A stretch of 64,000 nt of DNA from Squalus acanthias. Taxonomy: Eukaryota. The translations under genes were made by a program, and so were the position numbers. The stretch lies in contig CM059432.1 of NCBI GenBank assembly GCA_030390025.1, forward strand, positions 67,458,001-67,522,000. The letters run 5' to 3'. Shown piece after piece: positions 12,057 to 23,936 of this stretch (positions within the stretch are counted from its first letter, which is position 1; every line of letters begins with the position of its first letter). The notes under the pieces were generated by a model. That model saw only the letters and a program-made list of their open reading frames with translations. It was not told the origin of the DNA and did no database searches.

Positions 12057-13716
12057 TGTAGAATTCGCAAAATTATCGCGATTTTATAAAATAAGAAGGA
12101 GACATAAAGTTTCGTACAAACAGCTTTATTTCAGCAGAATGCTGTCAGGTTTCAAAGCGGACACAAACAGCCTGTAAAATGGCCGCCACGCCTCATGGCA
12201 GAACGTTCTAGACTTTCAATGGGCAGACAAGATGGCGTTCCAATAAACATTTGTGCAAGATCGTACAGGACTCAGCACATTTGAGATAATTGACAAGACA
12301 TGATGGGTTTGCATTTTATACATAAATACTGGAATCGGTCTCCCAGGTGCGAATAAGGGCTATTGTACCGAGCGATCAAGAACCCATCCAAAGACATTAA
12401 TATGCAAAATCCCCATGAGTCTACGATGAGAGAGCCGTTTGCGGGTAGTTACAGAAAGCACTTGGAAGCCCCAAAACCCCTCCAGGGAGACTACTAGCCG
12501 GTTCCACAATGGGAGAAGTATTAACGGGTACTCAGACAGTTAAAAGTATCACCGAAACCCATTAAAAACGGAGATCACCCTATACAAGAAGTTTGAGCGC
12601 CAAAACCCTGACAAAAGATAGACATTAAGATTGGGCGGGAAAAGAAGGAATTACAGCACTATAACTGTAAGGTACAACCGTCCATCTTTCTCTCTTCGCT
12701 TGCTACTCTTGCTGCTGACTGCTGTCTCTGTTTTTTTTTGCACTTGCTGCTTTGACTCGCTGGAAGACTGTTGAACTTTTATTCTCTTGCCTGACGGCTC
12801 TGGACTCTGATCCGCTAGGATCAACCTCGTGGCTTGCCGCGAAGATCTGTGTAGAACTGGGCTGTGAGGCCTTGAAACGGGCAGACCATCCCGAGAAGTC
12901 GGTAAACGGTGTTGGAACCGAAGCCCCGAGAGGAGATGAGATGAGATGAGATGAGATGAGAAGAGAAGAAGACGACAATACGTATCGCCACGGTCAGTAA
13001 GCCCCGACCGTGCCTGTAAGTCGAATAAACACTTCCTTGCCCAGGAAGACTTTTCTTTGAATTTTACAAACTGGTGAGGGCACAGGAAGACTCTTCTTCG
13101 AGTAGTATCGGAACTCCGAGGACAACACAGATCTTCATGACAGCAGACGGTCCAGCCTGCTAGCCGGAGCAGAAACGAGTAAACAAGTGGGGTACAGAGA
13201 CCCCTGATCAACACGTGGATAGTCAGGTGCTGCGGTAAAAACATCCGAGCAGAGTTTCGGAATTCTCCGAGTTATCACGAGTGGTGAGCATGAGTCTCGA
13301 TCCTACAAATCTAGATTAGGACAGGTATTGATAGGGGAGGGTTTAAGTTTTAAGGATAAGTATAATGTGTGTCCCTTTTTACGATGTGTCATGCGCTCCT
13401 CGTTTCCCTAAAATTAGTTACATAACTGTGTAAGATTGTACTGTCATTAATCTGTGCTTATGACATGTATCTCGTAATCTTGAATAATATGCAATAAAGA
13501 TTTTCCATTTCGCACTATTCAACCGGGTCTACCTGAGTTTTTCTCTGCATTATTGCTCTCGCACCTAAGTCCAGTGTCAGAACCGTAAGGGCGAGTGGGT
13601 CGAACCACTCACAGGTGTCTAGTGTTACCAGGCTGGCTGGAGACCAGAACAGGCAACAAGGCCTAACCTCGCACTAGCACCCAGGCTAAGCACAGAGCCG
13701 CAGGTCACCCCTTACA
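12057..13716 (+). mobile_element. Solo LTR, family A (1660 bp)
   Basis: TGTA...TACA termini. 4-bp TSD GTCA at 12053-12056 and 13717-13720. GC box plus CTATAA at ~12633-12664 and AATAAA at ~13493. Homologous to 58099-59747. Confidence 0.9.
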
Positions 13717-13919
13717 GTCAACCTTTCTTTTGCATATATCTTTTACAAGTATAGCTTTCTATCATGTCCATATATGTCCTGTGCTTCTATTTTACAGTAA
13801 AATTCATGTTTTACTTCTGTGTTTTTTTTTAAAGTCATGCAACATCTTGCTCACTGTGCCCAACACAGCTGGGTGTACTGGACTGTAAAATCCAACAACA
13901 ATCGGTTATGGAAGATTGG

Positions 13920-14745
13920 TGCCAAATTCCTGCCCAGGTGGGTCTAGAGCGGGCATTGGAAGAATCGCTCTAATGTAGGTGGGAGTTTCATTCGGATATC
14001 CAAAAGGGGCAGGGAAGGGCTTGCTCCATTTTGCAGTTAATGGCATGCTGGAAATCAATGAGCCCCAATTTTATCAGGAATCAGGCAAGAAGGGCGTGAG
14101 GCAAGCACCATTTCCTCTGACCTTGGCAGCATGAGGCTCGGGCAATTTTAACGCCTGGTACTCATTTGCATGCTGCCATTCAGCTGCCCACCTGAAACAG
14201 GCAGGGAGCAGCAGCTAGCTGGCAGGCGGGAGTGGAATTTCAGGCTGCAAGAGGTCCCTGGCCGGTACCAAAGGAATGGTCGCCGGCTACAAAGTAAGTT
14301 GCAGGGACGGCATTTGGGAGGGTTTCAATGGAGGGAAGGGTGGGGAGGTGTGGGGTGGGGGGCGGGTGGAGGTAGAGGGGTAGGGAGCCTGCGAAAGGGG
14401 AGGCCTAAAATTTCTTTGTGGGGCCTGGAGGAGGACTCCTGTTCCTCCTGGTCCCACAAGCAAAGTAAAAAAGTTTACAAAACATCTATTTAAGCCGCTT
14501 TTGGCCCTGGATCCACTTCCCGCTGTCTACACCTGTGCCACAGCCACAGTTAAAATGGCAGTCAGGGCCGGATTCCATCATCAGACCTGAATCTGCATAT
14601 TTACAGAAGGACCAGCTTCAGACAGTCGCCTGCTTAGAAAAGCAGGTTAAAAATAAAGATGGCATGATTGGTGCGGGACGTTGACAGGTAAGTCTACCAG
14701 CTGATTTTAACTGACCGCCCCCTTGGCTTCTGCTCAGCGAGGGGT
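13920..14745. mobile_element. Non-autonomous Harbinger-like element remnant(s)
   Basis: GC-rich, with patches shared with 10930-11280, 49230-49700 and 55298-55967. Ends are not resolved. Confidence 0.35.
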
Positions 14746-15683
14746 AGAAACATAGAAGCATAGAAGATAGGAGCAGGAGTAGGCCATTTGGCCCCTCGAG
14801 CCTGCTCCGCCATTCGATGAGATCATGGCTGATCATCCAAACTCAGTACCCTGTACCTGCCTTCTCCCCATATCCCTTGATACCTTTAGCTTTAAGAAAT
14901 ATATTTAACTCCTTCTTGAATATATTTACTGACTTGGCCTCAACTACCTTCTGTGGTAGAGAATTCCACAGGTTCACCACTCTCTGGGTGAAGAAATTCT
15001 TCCTCATTTCTGTCCTAAATGGCTTACCCCTTATCCTTAGATTATGACCCCTGGTTCTGGACACTCCGACCATCGGGAACATTCTTCCTGCATCTAGTTT
15101 GTCCAGACCTGCCAGAATTTTATATGTTTCGATGAGATCCCCTCTCATTCTTCTATACTCCAGCGAGTATAAGCCCAATCGACCCAATCTCTCCTCATAT
15201 GTCATTCCTGCCATCCCAGGTATCAGCCTTGTGAATCTTCGCTGAACTCCTTCCATGGCAAGAACATCCTTCCTCAGATAAGGTGACCAAAACTGCACAC
15301 AGTACTCAAGGTGTGGTCTCACCAAGGCCCTGTACAACTGCAGCAGGACATCCCTGTTCCTATACTCAAACCCTTTCGCTATGAAGGCCAACATACCATT
15401 TGCCTTCTTCACCGCCTGCTGCACCTGCATGCTTACCTTCAGCGACTGGTGTACAAGGACACCCAGGTCTCGTTGCACTTCCCCTTCTCCCAATCTATTG
15501 CCATTCAGATAATAGTCTGCCTTTCTGTTTTTGACACCAAAGTGGATAACCTCGCATTTATCCACGTTATATTGCATCTGCCACGCTTCTGCCCACTCAC
15601 CCAACCTGTCCAAATCATCCTGGAGTTTCTCAGTATCCTCCTCGGAGCACACACGCCCACCCAGCTTTGTGTGTCATCTGCAA
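14746..15683 (-). mobile_element. 5'-truncated young CR1 LINE with uninterrupted ORF2 C-terminus
   Basis: ORF 14843-15652 (269 aa) runs from just after the FADD region to the natural stop without a break. 3' tail (tatgcttc/tatgtttc) at ~14746-14765. Confidence 0.92.
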
Positions 15684-15899
15684 ATGGTGATTGTTAACCC
15701 CACTCAAGTCCATAGCACACCAACAAAACCTGGAAAGAAGGGGTTTTTGAGCAGACCTTTCAGCCCTGCAGTGGCTCAGGTAAGTGCTGTTAGACTATTT
15801 CTGGGTCCTCAGTGTTATCCTTTTTTTCTTTATTTCCCATTGGGGCTTTAGCTTCATGAGCCTTTGTGCTACTTTTTATTGTCCCAGATTTTGTTGTTG

Positions 15900-18437
15900 C
15901 AAGGCATCTAACATTGTCTGCTGGTAGTTAGACTTGCCCTTGCACGTTTAGGTTTTTAAATTTTTTAGTGTGGCAAGTTTCTGAAAGTGTGAGCTGATAA
16001 TGGCACAGCGAGGGAAGCAGGGCATCTGGGACCTGAGTGAACAGGGCAAGCAACTGTGTATCTCCTTAACCAATCAGATTGAGGGATTGAGAAGTAAATA
16101 GTGCAAGGACTGAGAAGGAAGTGTAAATTAGAGTGGGTAAACTCAATGTCAAATTAGGTACAGAAAGAGGAATAAAGAGAGGGAAAGAAAAATTGGATTA
16201 AGAGAGAGAAAAAAAAGACAGAAAGAAAAAGTAAAACATTTGCTAAAATTTTAAATTTGACATTTTTTAAATCTCCAACAACAATTAATACCTGAAGGAA
16301 TGAGAATCTACAATTGTTCATTTTCAGTGCCAGAGAGGTTGATTGGCAATAATTAAGGCTACGATTTCGCATACCTCGGTGGGTCCGGTGCAGCCAGGGT
16401 GCGACCCCGCTGCTGGCTCCAGCCCGCTGTGTAGAGTGATCTTACATTGATTGGGCTCATTAAGCCCGCCCAGCGCGTTTGCCGGCCAATTGAAGGAAGC
16501 GGGTCTGATGACGTCATTTGATGACACGTCATCAGCCGGTTTCCTGAAAGGGACCATGTGCAAATTGATTTTGACAGTTGTGCTGTCAGTGCTCTACAGC
16601 ATTGAGGTGCTGCAAACACTGTCAAGCACTGCATAAAGGTGGACGGCTGCACCCAGGCTCTCCCATGACTCCCTCCATATGCTTATAGAGGGAGTCACAG
16701 CATGCAGGGAGGTTCTCTTCCCTTATCATGGGTGGAAGAGACCTCCCCAGGAGATCAGCACAGCCTTGTTGCACAGGAGGACGCAAGCAGGGATGTCGTC
16801 AGGAGGACCAGGCTGCAGTGGCACAAACCTTTTAATGATCTCAGTAAATCACAAAATGTTACTGCAAAGCCACACTCAGCCTCATCCTGCTGTGCCACTC
16901 ATCACATCCCTATCACTCTGCCTTCCCTACCCTACTCCTGCACATCCTTACTCACATCAACTTACCTTGCACCTCCACCCATCCCTCTCTATCTACATTA
17001 GAACTTCCCCATCTCACTAGCCACCCCTCACACTCACCCTCATCCTAGTCCAATCATACCAACTAACAACACAGAAAGATAGACACTTGGGTGTTTTAGC
17101 CAATGTTCATGTGAAGTTTCTGTTAATGTGCTGTCAAACATTGAAATCTTTATTTTTAACACTTTGCATTCTTGGACAGATTTGTGTGCACCTTTGGAAG
17201 TGGCTTAGTGAGTTGCAGTGAATGGTGAGACATAAGGGTACTCCCCCACCCCTGCAATGGTGATGAGTGTGAAAGGAATGGCTTGGGCATTGTAGGGATG
17301 CTTTATGGTGTTGGTGTGGCGTGGTGCCAACCTGGCGCCTCCTGTGGCAGCCAGGGTGTACAGCATCAAGTGAAGCAAATCTGGCCATGGTGAGGCCATC
17401 CCTGGCGTCCCGGGCAACGTGGTCGGGTATTGATGCTCTGTGTCCTGTGCAGCATCAGGTGATTGCGAAGAAGGTTGGTGTTGTTGTCGGTGCTGCTGGT
17501 GTGCCTGGTGCTGCTGGTGTTGGGGCTGATCGTGGTGGGATTCTGAGGACCAAGGTGAGATTGTTTCAAGGCCACCAATGCTGATGTAATAGATGGCAGA
17601 TGAGGTTGAGATGACAGAAGCAAATCTGTCAATGGTCAGAGAGGTTGTTCCAATGAGGTGGCACTGGATAGAGAGTTGGCTCCAAACACTTGCAAGCTGC
17701 ATAAAGCTCAATCTGTCTTCCAAATGCAGTAAGCAATAGTTTGAGCTTGGAAAGTGAATAGCTGTGAGATGGGAGCTTTTATATCACTTTTGCAGCTGTC
17801 AAGTAATCAGATAATTCAGTGCTGAATTCACTCACGACCTGCTGAGTTGACGTGATTGCCAAGCAGCATATAACCCATGGGAGAACTCGTAAAATTGAAA
17901 GGTAAGCTTAAAATAGTATTTAAGTGCCTCTTAACAATCTCTTAATGATGATCTAAATTCCCTCCCCCGCCTCTTGGTGTCAGGTCTGTTCAGCAATGAC
18001 AGACCTGACATCTTGGAGACTAGCGTGGAGGCGGGTTGACAGCGGGTTCCCTACCTGGTCCCCAAAAAAAATTCCCACCCAACCCGCCACCGATCGCTCA
18101 TGCTGACCCCCCTGAAAAATTGCCCCTAACAGTTATCACATCATTAAAAGGTTACTTATGCTTGTAATGACAAATTTTAACTTATTGTGGCAAGTTTAGT
18201 TTGTATCTACCACACAAATACAGAACCTTCACACCAGTCAATGCATTTCAATGGTGAGGTAGACAGCAAAATGCCATTTGTGAACTAACTGCACAGTGGC
18301 ACAACGCGGATAGCAACATTTGGGCATTGGCATTTAACAGCTCATCTGCCTCACGCCTGAAGTTGCTGTACCATTTACACTTAAATAATGGTGAGCGCCA
18401 TTAGCCTCACCATTATTTGACAGCAAAATCTCGGCCA
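15900..18437. mobile_element. Non-autonomous DNA element hosting Harbinger 2 (pieces ~15900-16356 and 18127-18437)
   Basis: Homologous to the uninterrupted copy at ~32890-33437 (cagtgccagagaggtt..ggca.taattaa; end gcaaaatc..ggcc). Confidence 0.6.
16357..18126. mobile_element. Harbinger 2, internally deleted derivative
   Basis: TAA TSD at 16354-16356 and 18127-18129. Myb exon-1 remnant on + (~16640-16845: LIEGVTACREVLFP...FNDL). On -, a Q-rich transposase N-terminus is fused to a C-terminal ARDARDGL..ARF motif with no catalytic core. Confidence 0.75.
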
Positions 18438-20478
18438 ATTAGTTATTTTGTGCTACCAGCTCCTTTTTCTGGCACCTATGGATTTTGCCAATGGGAATCC
18501 ATGTTGACATATTTGGAAATGAAGAACCTGTGGAGATATGCCAGGCTGGTCCTGTTGCCCAAGAGGTGCTCTATCTCATCAACACCTGTACCCTCGCATC
18601 TGCAGATGGATGAAATGAGATCACTTTGCCAGCCATAGTGACGGGCGCGGATGGGGGTCAAGGTGTGCATGAGCTACACCATGACTATATAGGACAGACT
18701 TGATTGACCAGCTGGTCTTTTCTTGTATGTTCGTATGTAAACAGGGCTTTGGGTTCTCTGTCACTTGTCTGCAGATCCCGAGGGCTGCACATATGGTTCC
18801 CTTTCCCTTCATGTTTGCCTGCCGCTTCTTAATCCCCTGCCCCTTCAGCTAGGCAAAGGCTGATGATAGGTTGAGATGCCTTTTAAGGCTCTCCAAAGCT
18901 TACTGAAATCTCCTCCATCCCCGTTCTATTGTGACACTCCTTTTTACTTGTCCTGTCCCTTTAAATTTTACTTGTACACAATTTACCTATCCATTTGGCT
19001 AGACCCATTTTGTGCTGTAAATAATTATGCAAATGAGCTTATATTGATTACTATTTGCACTTCACCCTTTGGGTGAGATTTGCACCAGTTCTAAATAACT
19101 TATGGGGTGCCTTTCAGCAGTTGTCCTGCTCGTCTGCTGTAACTTCAGTGGAACAGCCGCAGAAACCCTGGAGAAAATTACAATCTTTACACGGCTTTTC
19201 TGTAACTCTTCCACCAAAGTTATGGCAGATAAATGGGAGAACACCCACAGAAATGTATCCTCTTCGATTTGAAGACAAAACTTGTCCCTCCCAAGTATTT
19301 AAGATGTTGAGATGTACATGCTGTAATCTGTTTTCTTTTAAACAATTGAGTTACCATAGTTTCTGTAAGATTGTCATAGTTACACAACTGCGATTTTGCA
19401 AGTCTCTGTCACAGATGATATATCTTTCAGCAATGGAATAAAAACCCACAGTACTGTATAAGGAACTGAATTTCAGCAGCTACCATAAATGTCAAATGTG
19501 TTTTCAAATTTGGTTTTAATGTATTAATTAATAAACTGTTCTGATATCATATATTCATTGATCTTGATGCTTCTCTTTTCAGAGCAATCATAATTTGACT
19601 GGTACTTGTCATGATCAGTACTAGCATGATATTGGTCATGGTGAGTCTGGCGGGGGCAGGGGGGTAGGTCAGGGCCAAAATCTTGCTCAATGAAGTGTTT
19701 GTTGGGGGGGAGGGGTGGGGCTCAGAGCTGAAATCTTGCTCAGTGAGGGGGTGTAAGAGATCGGTGCAGGGGGAGAGTGGGGGAGGTGGAATCCTGAGGT
19801 ACAAAATAGGGGAGGGGTGCTTTTATTCCCCTCACAAGGGATTTGAAAAAAAAATTGTAAACAATCTTCCCAGGCAGTGGAATAAATGGCTCGGATTTTG
19901 TGGTCAGCGGCGAACGAACAGCACTAACCATTCATTACACTTGCCCATAGATTTTCTATGGGTTTTTGCCTTCGAAGTTGTGGTGATTAGAAATCTATTT
20001 CAGCGCGCGCCTTTCAAAATGGGCGTGCAATTGGCAAATGAACTTCAATAAAGATAAGTGCGAGGTGGTACATTTTGGTAGGAAGAATAAGGAGGCCACA
20101 TACTCCTTAGAAAATAAGGGGGAAAAATTGGGTATCGTCCATTTTGGAACGCTAATATCGGCCGGGCGCAAAGTTTAGCACCCGGTGCTAATTATCGCCT
20201 CAGACTGCAAAATTTACTTCTATCACCCCTGGAGATGATTTGAGCACTAAATCAGGCCCTACATATCTCTCTTAAGGCGCAAACGTCGGGGAGCGAGGCG
20301 CTAACTCAGACACTATCGAAGCTCAGGCGATGTCAGTTACAATGGAAGCCAGACAGACTGGCACCGTCCAGTTCTTAAAGGGGAGGGGCCATCTTGCTGG
20401 CCAGCCACTCCCTGCTCATTGCAGCCTTGAATCTGGACCTGGACAGACCTGTGTTTAAATTGTCTCTTACAAGCAGTA

Positions 20479-22316
20479 ATGGAGAGGCCCAGAGAAAGAG
20501 CTAGGCGCTTCAGTGACGAGGCATTGGTGGCTATGGTTGGCGCTGTGGAACTGCGACGGGCAGTGCTGTTCCCTGAGAGTGGCAGGAGGCCATTGCCCCG
20601 GGAGTTCAGAAGGGTGTGGAGGGAGGTGGCTCAGCACGTCTCCTCCAGGAGCATGGTGCCAAGGACCCACATCCAATGTCGGAAGAAGTTCAATGACCTC
20701 ACTCGGGTGGTCAGGGTGAGTACCTGCTTTTCAATACCTCTACATCCCTCCCTCTCAACTTCACTCTGTGCCCAGACGGTTTAAAACCCCAAATGCCCAA
20801 AACTCATCCAAGTCATAAAACTCACATGCAGATCCCACACCTTGCACACATTAATGGCTATTCAACTATGGTAGGCACATCTGCCAAACACATGGCTGCA
20901 CAGTCACTCACACGCTGTCCTTTTTCTTGCAGGCCAATCTCTCTCATAACAGATGGGAGCAGCAACGCACGGGAGGAGGACCGGTGGATCTATACCCCCT
21001 GAGTGAGTTGGAGGACAGCGTGCACAGGATCGTTGCCAGCCAGGCCATAGATGCCGTGGCCGCTGGAGAGGTCGACCCCCTTGGGGACAGCAATGGTATG
21101 TTCATCAGCTTTCTCTCCTCTCTCACACCACTTCCCCCTCACAACATCAGCCTTTTACACTTTCAATCCAACTAACTGTCTCCAGTTGTTGCTCCCTTCC
21201 TGCCCCCCTGCCCTCACTCTAAAGCCACTCTTGAACCTTCCTGCTTTCAGATAGTGAACCACCAGCTGACCAGCCTGTCCCTCAGCCTGCCAGTGGCAGC
21301 GACGCGCCAGACGAGCAGGAAGAGGAAGTCGCAGCCTCACCGCCTGCGTCTCCCGAGGGTGACACATCAGACACTGGGGCCACGCCTTCCCTGGAGGGGA
21401 GCAGGGGGTTAGGGTCTGATGAGGGTGAAGCTCCTGGACCCAGCGGGCTGCAGCACGCCATGGGGGTAGGGAAGCTCGGGGGCCATCTCCCCGGAGGGTG
21501 AGTTGACGCGTGAGTTCTGCTGCACAGGACTCGAATGAGGACCTCGACATCACGGCCGTGAATACCCAAGCCTTGAGCATGCATACGGAGCTCATGGGTG
21601 CAATGGCAAGGGTGCCCGACAGCATGGATGCACTGGCTAGGAGCGTGGAGGAGTCCTCCGCCAGCACAGCTGTCATCTGTGTGCAAACCCTTGAACCCAT
21701 CCATGCCTCGTTGCAGAGGATGGTTGAATTGTAGGGAGACCGTGGTGAACCAGAGCCCATGCTGCGTGTAATGGGTGAGGTGGCAGCATCTATTGCAGCA
21801 CAGGCTGACACAACGCAATGGCTTAGTGCTGCAATCGAGTCATTGGCTGGTGCCATCCAGTCTCAGACTGCTCTCATGCAGTCTCAGATTGATGTCACGC
21901 AAGCACTGACTGCTGCCATCCTCGCTGGGTCGCCCACAGTCCCCCGGGGATCTCACGGTGCTGCAACAGGCCAGCAATCTGTGCTCGAGCAGATTGCTTC
22001 GGATGCTGAGGTTCTGCCCCGGGGGAATGGCAGTGTGTCAGTCGAGCAGGAAGGTGCTGTCCTCTCTCAGGATGACAGCATTCCTGCTCCCACCACTGCC
22101 ACTTCCCCATTGCACTTGCCACAGCCTGTAACACAGCCAGCCCAGACTGCTGTCGCCCATGCAGAGTTGGTGCAGTCTGCAGCCGGGCCCTCCAGGCCCA
22201 GAACTGGTCGAGGGCGTCCTTCAAGGCCATCTGCAGTCTCTGGATCCAGCATTCAGCAGCCTTCCACCAGCCTTGCTGCAGCCACTGGGGCCACATTATG
22301 GAGAGCAGTAGGGTGA
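20479..22316 (+). pseudogene. Harbinger Myb/SANT-like gene, exons 20479-20715, 20933-21095, 21251-22316
   Basis: MERPRERARRFSDEALVAMV...WREVA...QCRKKFNDL, then GTGAGT. Acceptor tttttcttgcag before ANLSHN..RTGGG, donor GTATGT, acceptor ctttcag. Exon 3 has a frameshift near 21480, in-frame stops and a GRGRP motif. Confidence 0.88.
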
Positions 22317-22675
22317 GAAGGGGGGAAGTGCTAAGGGGAGGGAGATCATCCTCGAAGGCCCAACAGTAGAATCTGTAAATAAATGGGGGGAATGTTTGTG
22401 GGAAAGTGCGATGTTGTTGTTATTATATTTGTTTACTGTTTTGCCGTTTATCTCCATGTTGTGAGAACGAGTTTTGTTAGTTCATGAATTGTTGGGTTTG
22501 TTTCTAATTGTTTGTCCTGAATAAATGACAGAGTTTGTAATATAAATAAAAATGTTTATTGTTACTTTACATCTTTGCTGATTTGACTCATTGCAGCTTT
22601 GCTCGGCAATAGGAGGTGCGGGATGCTTGCGATGATGTGCTTCTTCATCCCAGAAGCCATCTTCTCTGTAAAGGG

Positions 22676-23823
22676 TTAGAAGTTGTGTCTTACGAGCAGT
22701 TCACAGACGGCCCTTGCAGTGGCAACATTGTGCGCCTCCCTCCCACGTTGGTGCTGCTGATCCTCTTCCTCCTCCTCTCCCTCTTCCTCCTCCTCCTCCT
22801 CAGGTGGTCCACCAATCCCTGGTGGCAATGGCTGGGTCCTCATGATTACAATGTTATGAAGCATGGAGCACACAACAATGAAAAGTGAGACTCGCTCGGG
22901 AGAGTACTGCAGGGCTCCTCCTGAGAGGTCCAGACACCGGAACCGTTGTTTCAAGACGCTGATAGTCTGCTCTATGAGGTTCCTGGTAGCGCTATGGCTC
23001 TTATTGTATTGCAGCTCGGCAGGGGTGCTGGGGTTACGGAGCGGTGTCATCAGCCAGGTGCAGAGTGGATAACCTTTGTCCCCGAGAAGCCATCCACGAG
23101 GTTGAAGTGGTGGTTGGAAGAGGTCTGTGACAGCAGTCTGGCGCAAGATAAAAGCAACATGGCTGCTGCCAGGATAGAGGGCATTGACGGCGAGGATGAG
23201 CTGTCTGTGGTTACAGACCAACTGTACATTCAGAGAGTGGAAGCCCTTGCGGTTTCGGAACACCTCTGCATTCTCATGAGCTGCCCACAATGCCACATGC
23301 GTGCTGTCAATGGCGCCCTGAACCATGGGGATGCCCGCTATCCTAGCAAAGCCACATGCGCATTCGTGCTATTTGCCCCGGGTCATGGGGAAAGAGATGT
23401 ACTGGCGTCTCCTTTTATTAAAAGCATTTGTCACCTCCCGGATGCAACAATGAACAGCGAACTGGGAGATATTCGCTATGTCCCAAGTTGAAGCCTGGAA
23501 GGAGCCACTGGCATAGAAATTCAGAGCCACCGTCACCTTCACTGCCACCGACAGAGATGTCCTGAGGCTGCAGATCTGGTTGCAGGAGGTGGCAGAGCTC
23601 AGTGACCACCTCCTGGCTGAAGCGGAGCCTTCTGAAACACTGCTCCTCAGACAAATGAATATAGGAGAATTGCTCCCGGAATACCCTGGGAGGGTAAGGT
23701 CTCCTGTGCAGAGGCCTGTTGGCCCTCCTTCCTCTGGCCACATTTGCCACTCTCTCTCTGCGCCTCTGCTGCCTCTGAAGGTGAAGCTGGAGGACGACGC
23801 CCCGAGTTAGTGCAACCCCAATA
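22676..23823 (-). pseudogene. Harbinger DDE transposase (HARBI1-like family), frameshifted
   Basis: VKVTVALNFYASGSFQ, AIDSTHV, NRKGFHSLNVQLVC, PGSSHVAFIL (D to V relative to PGSxHD), [24 protein letters not shown] and CSMLHN motifs, plus an acidic tail. Confidence 0.92.
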
Positions 23824-23936
23824 CAAGCTTCTAAATATGGTAAATATGAAGGTCAAATAAATATGAACCTCAAAAGTGGTGCTCACGAACCAAAACTCCT
23901 TAGGATAGCGTCAACTCTCTCCAGACATCTCTCAAC

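Larger units (their letters stand above)
20118..23936. mobile_element. Harbinger 3 (Myb gene plus transposase, right end lost)
   Basis: Begins TAA|GGGGGAAAAATTGGG directly after a CR1 fragment (20052-20117). Two convergent genes. No matching right TIR found after the LINE insertion at 23937. Confidence 0.85.

Noticed and set aside
12651..13244. 197-aa minus-strand ORF as an LTR-encoded accessory gene
   Set aside because: It runs through a microsatellite, has no recognisable motif, and is not reported in the second LTR copy.
18440..18810. Short ORFs in non-repeat sequence
   Set aside because: No recognisable domain or convincing splice sites; cannot be supported without a search.
21155..22296. 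Long antisense ORFs over the Myb exon 3 region (also 6995-7681)
   Set aside because: Shadow ORFs of GC-rich coding sequence on the opposite strand.
22676..23823. Host HARBI1 gene
   Set aside because: It is frameshifted, paired with a Myb gene next to a TIR, and several diverged relatives lie nearby. It is a transposon copy, not the domesticated gene.
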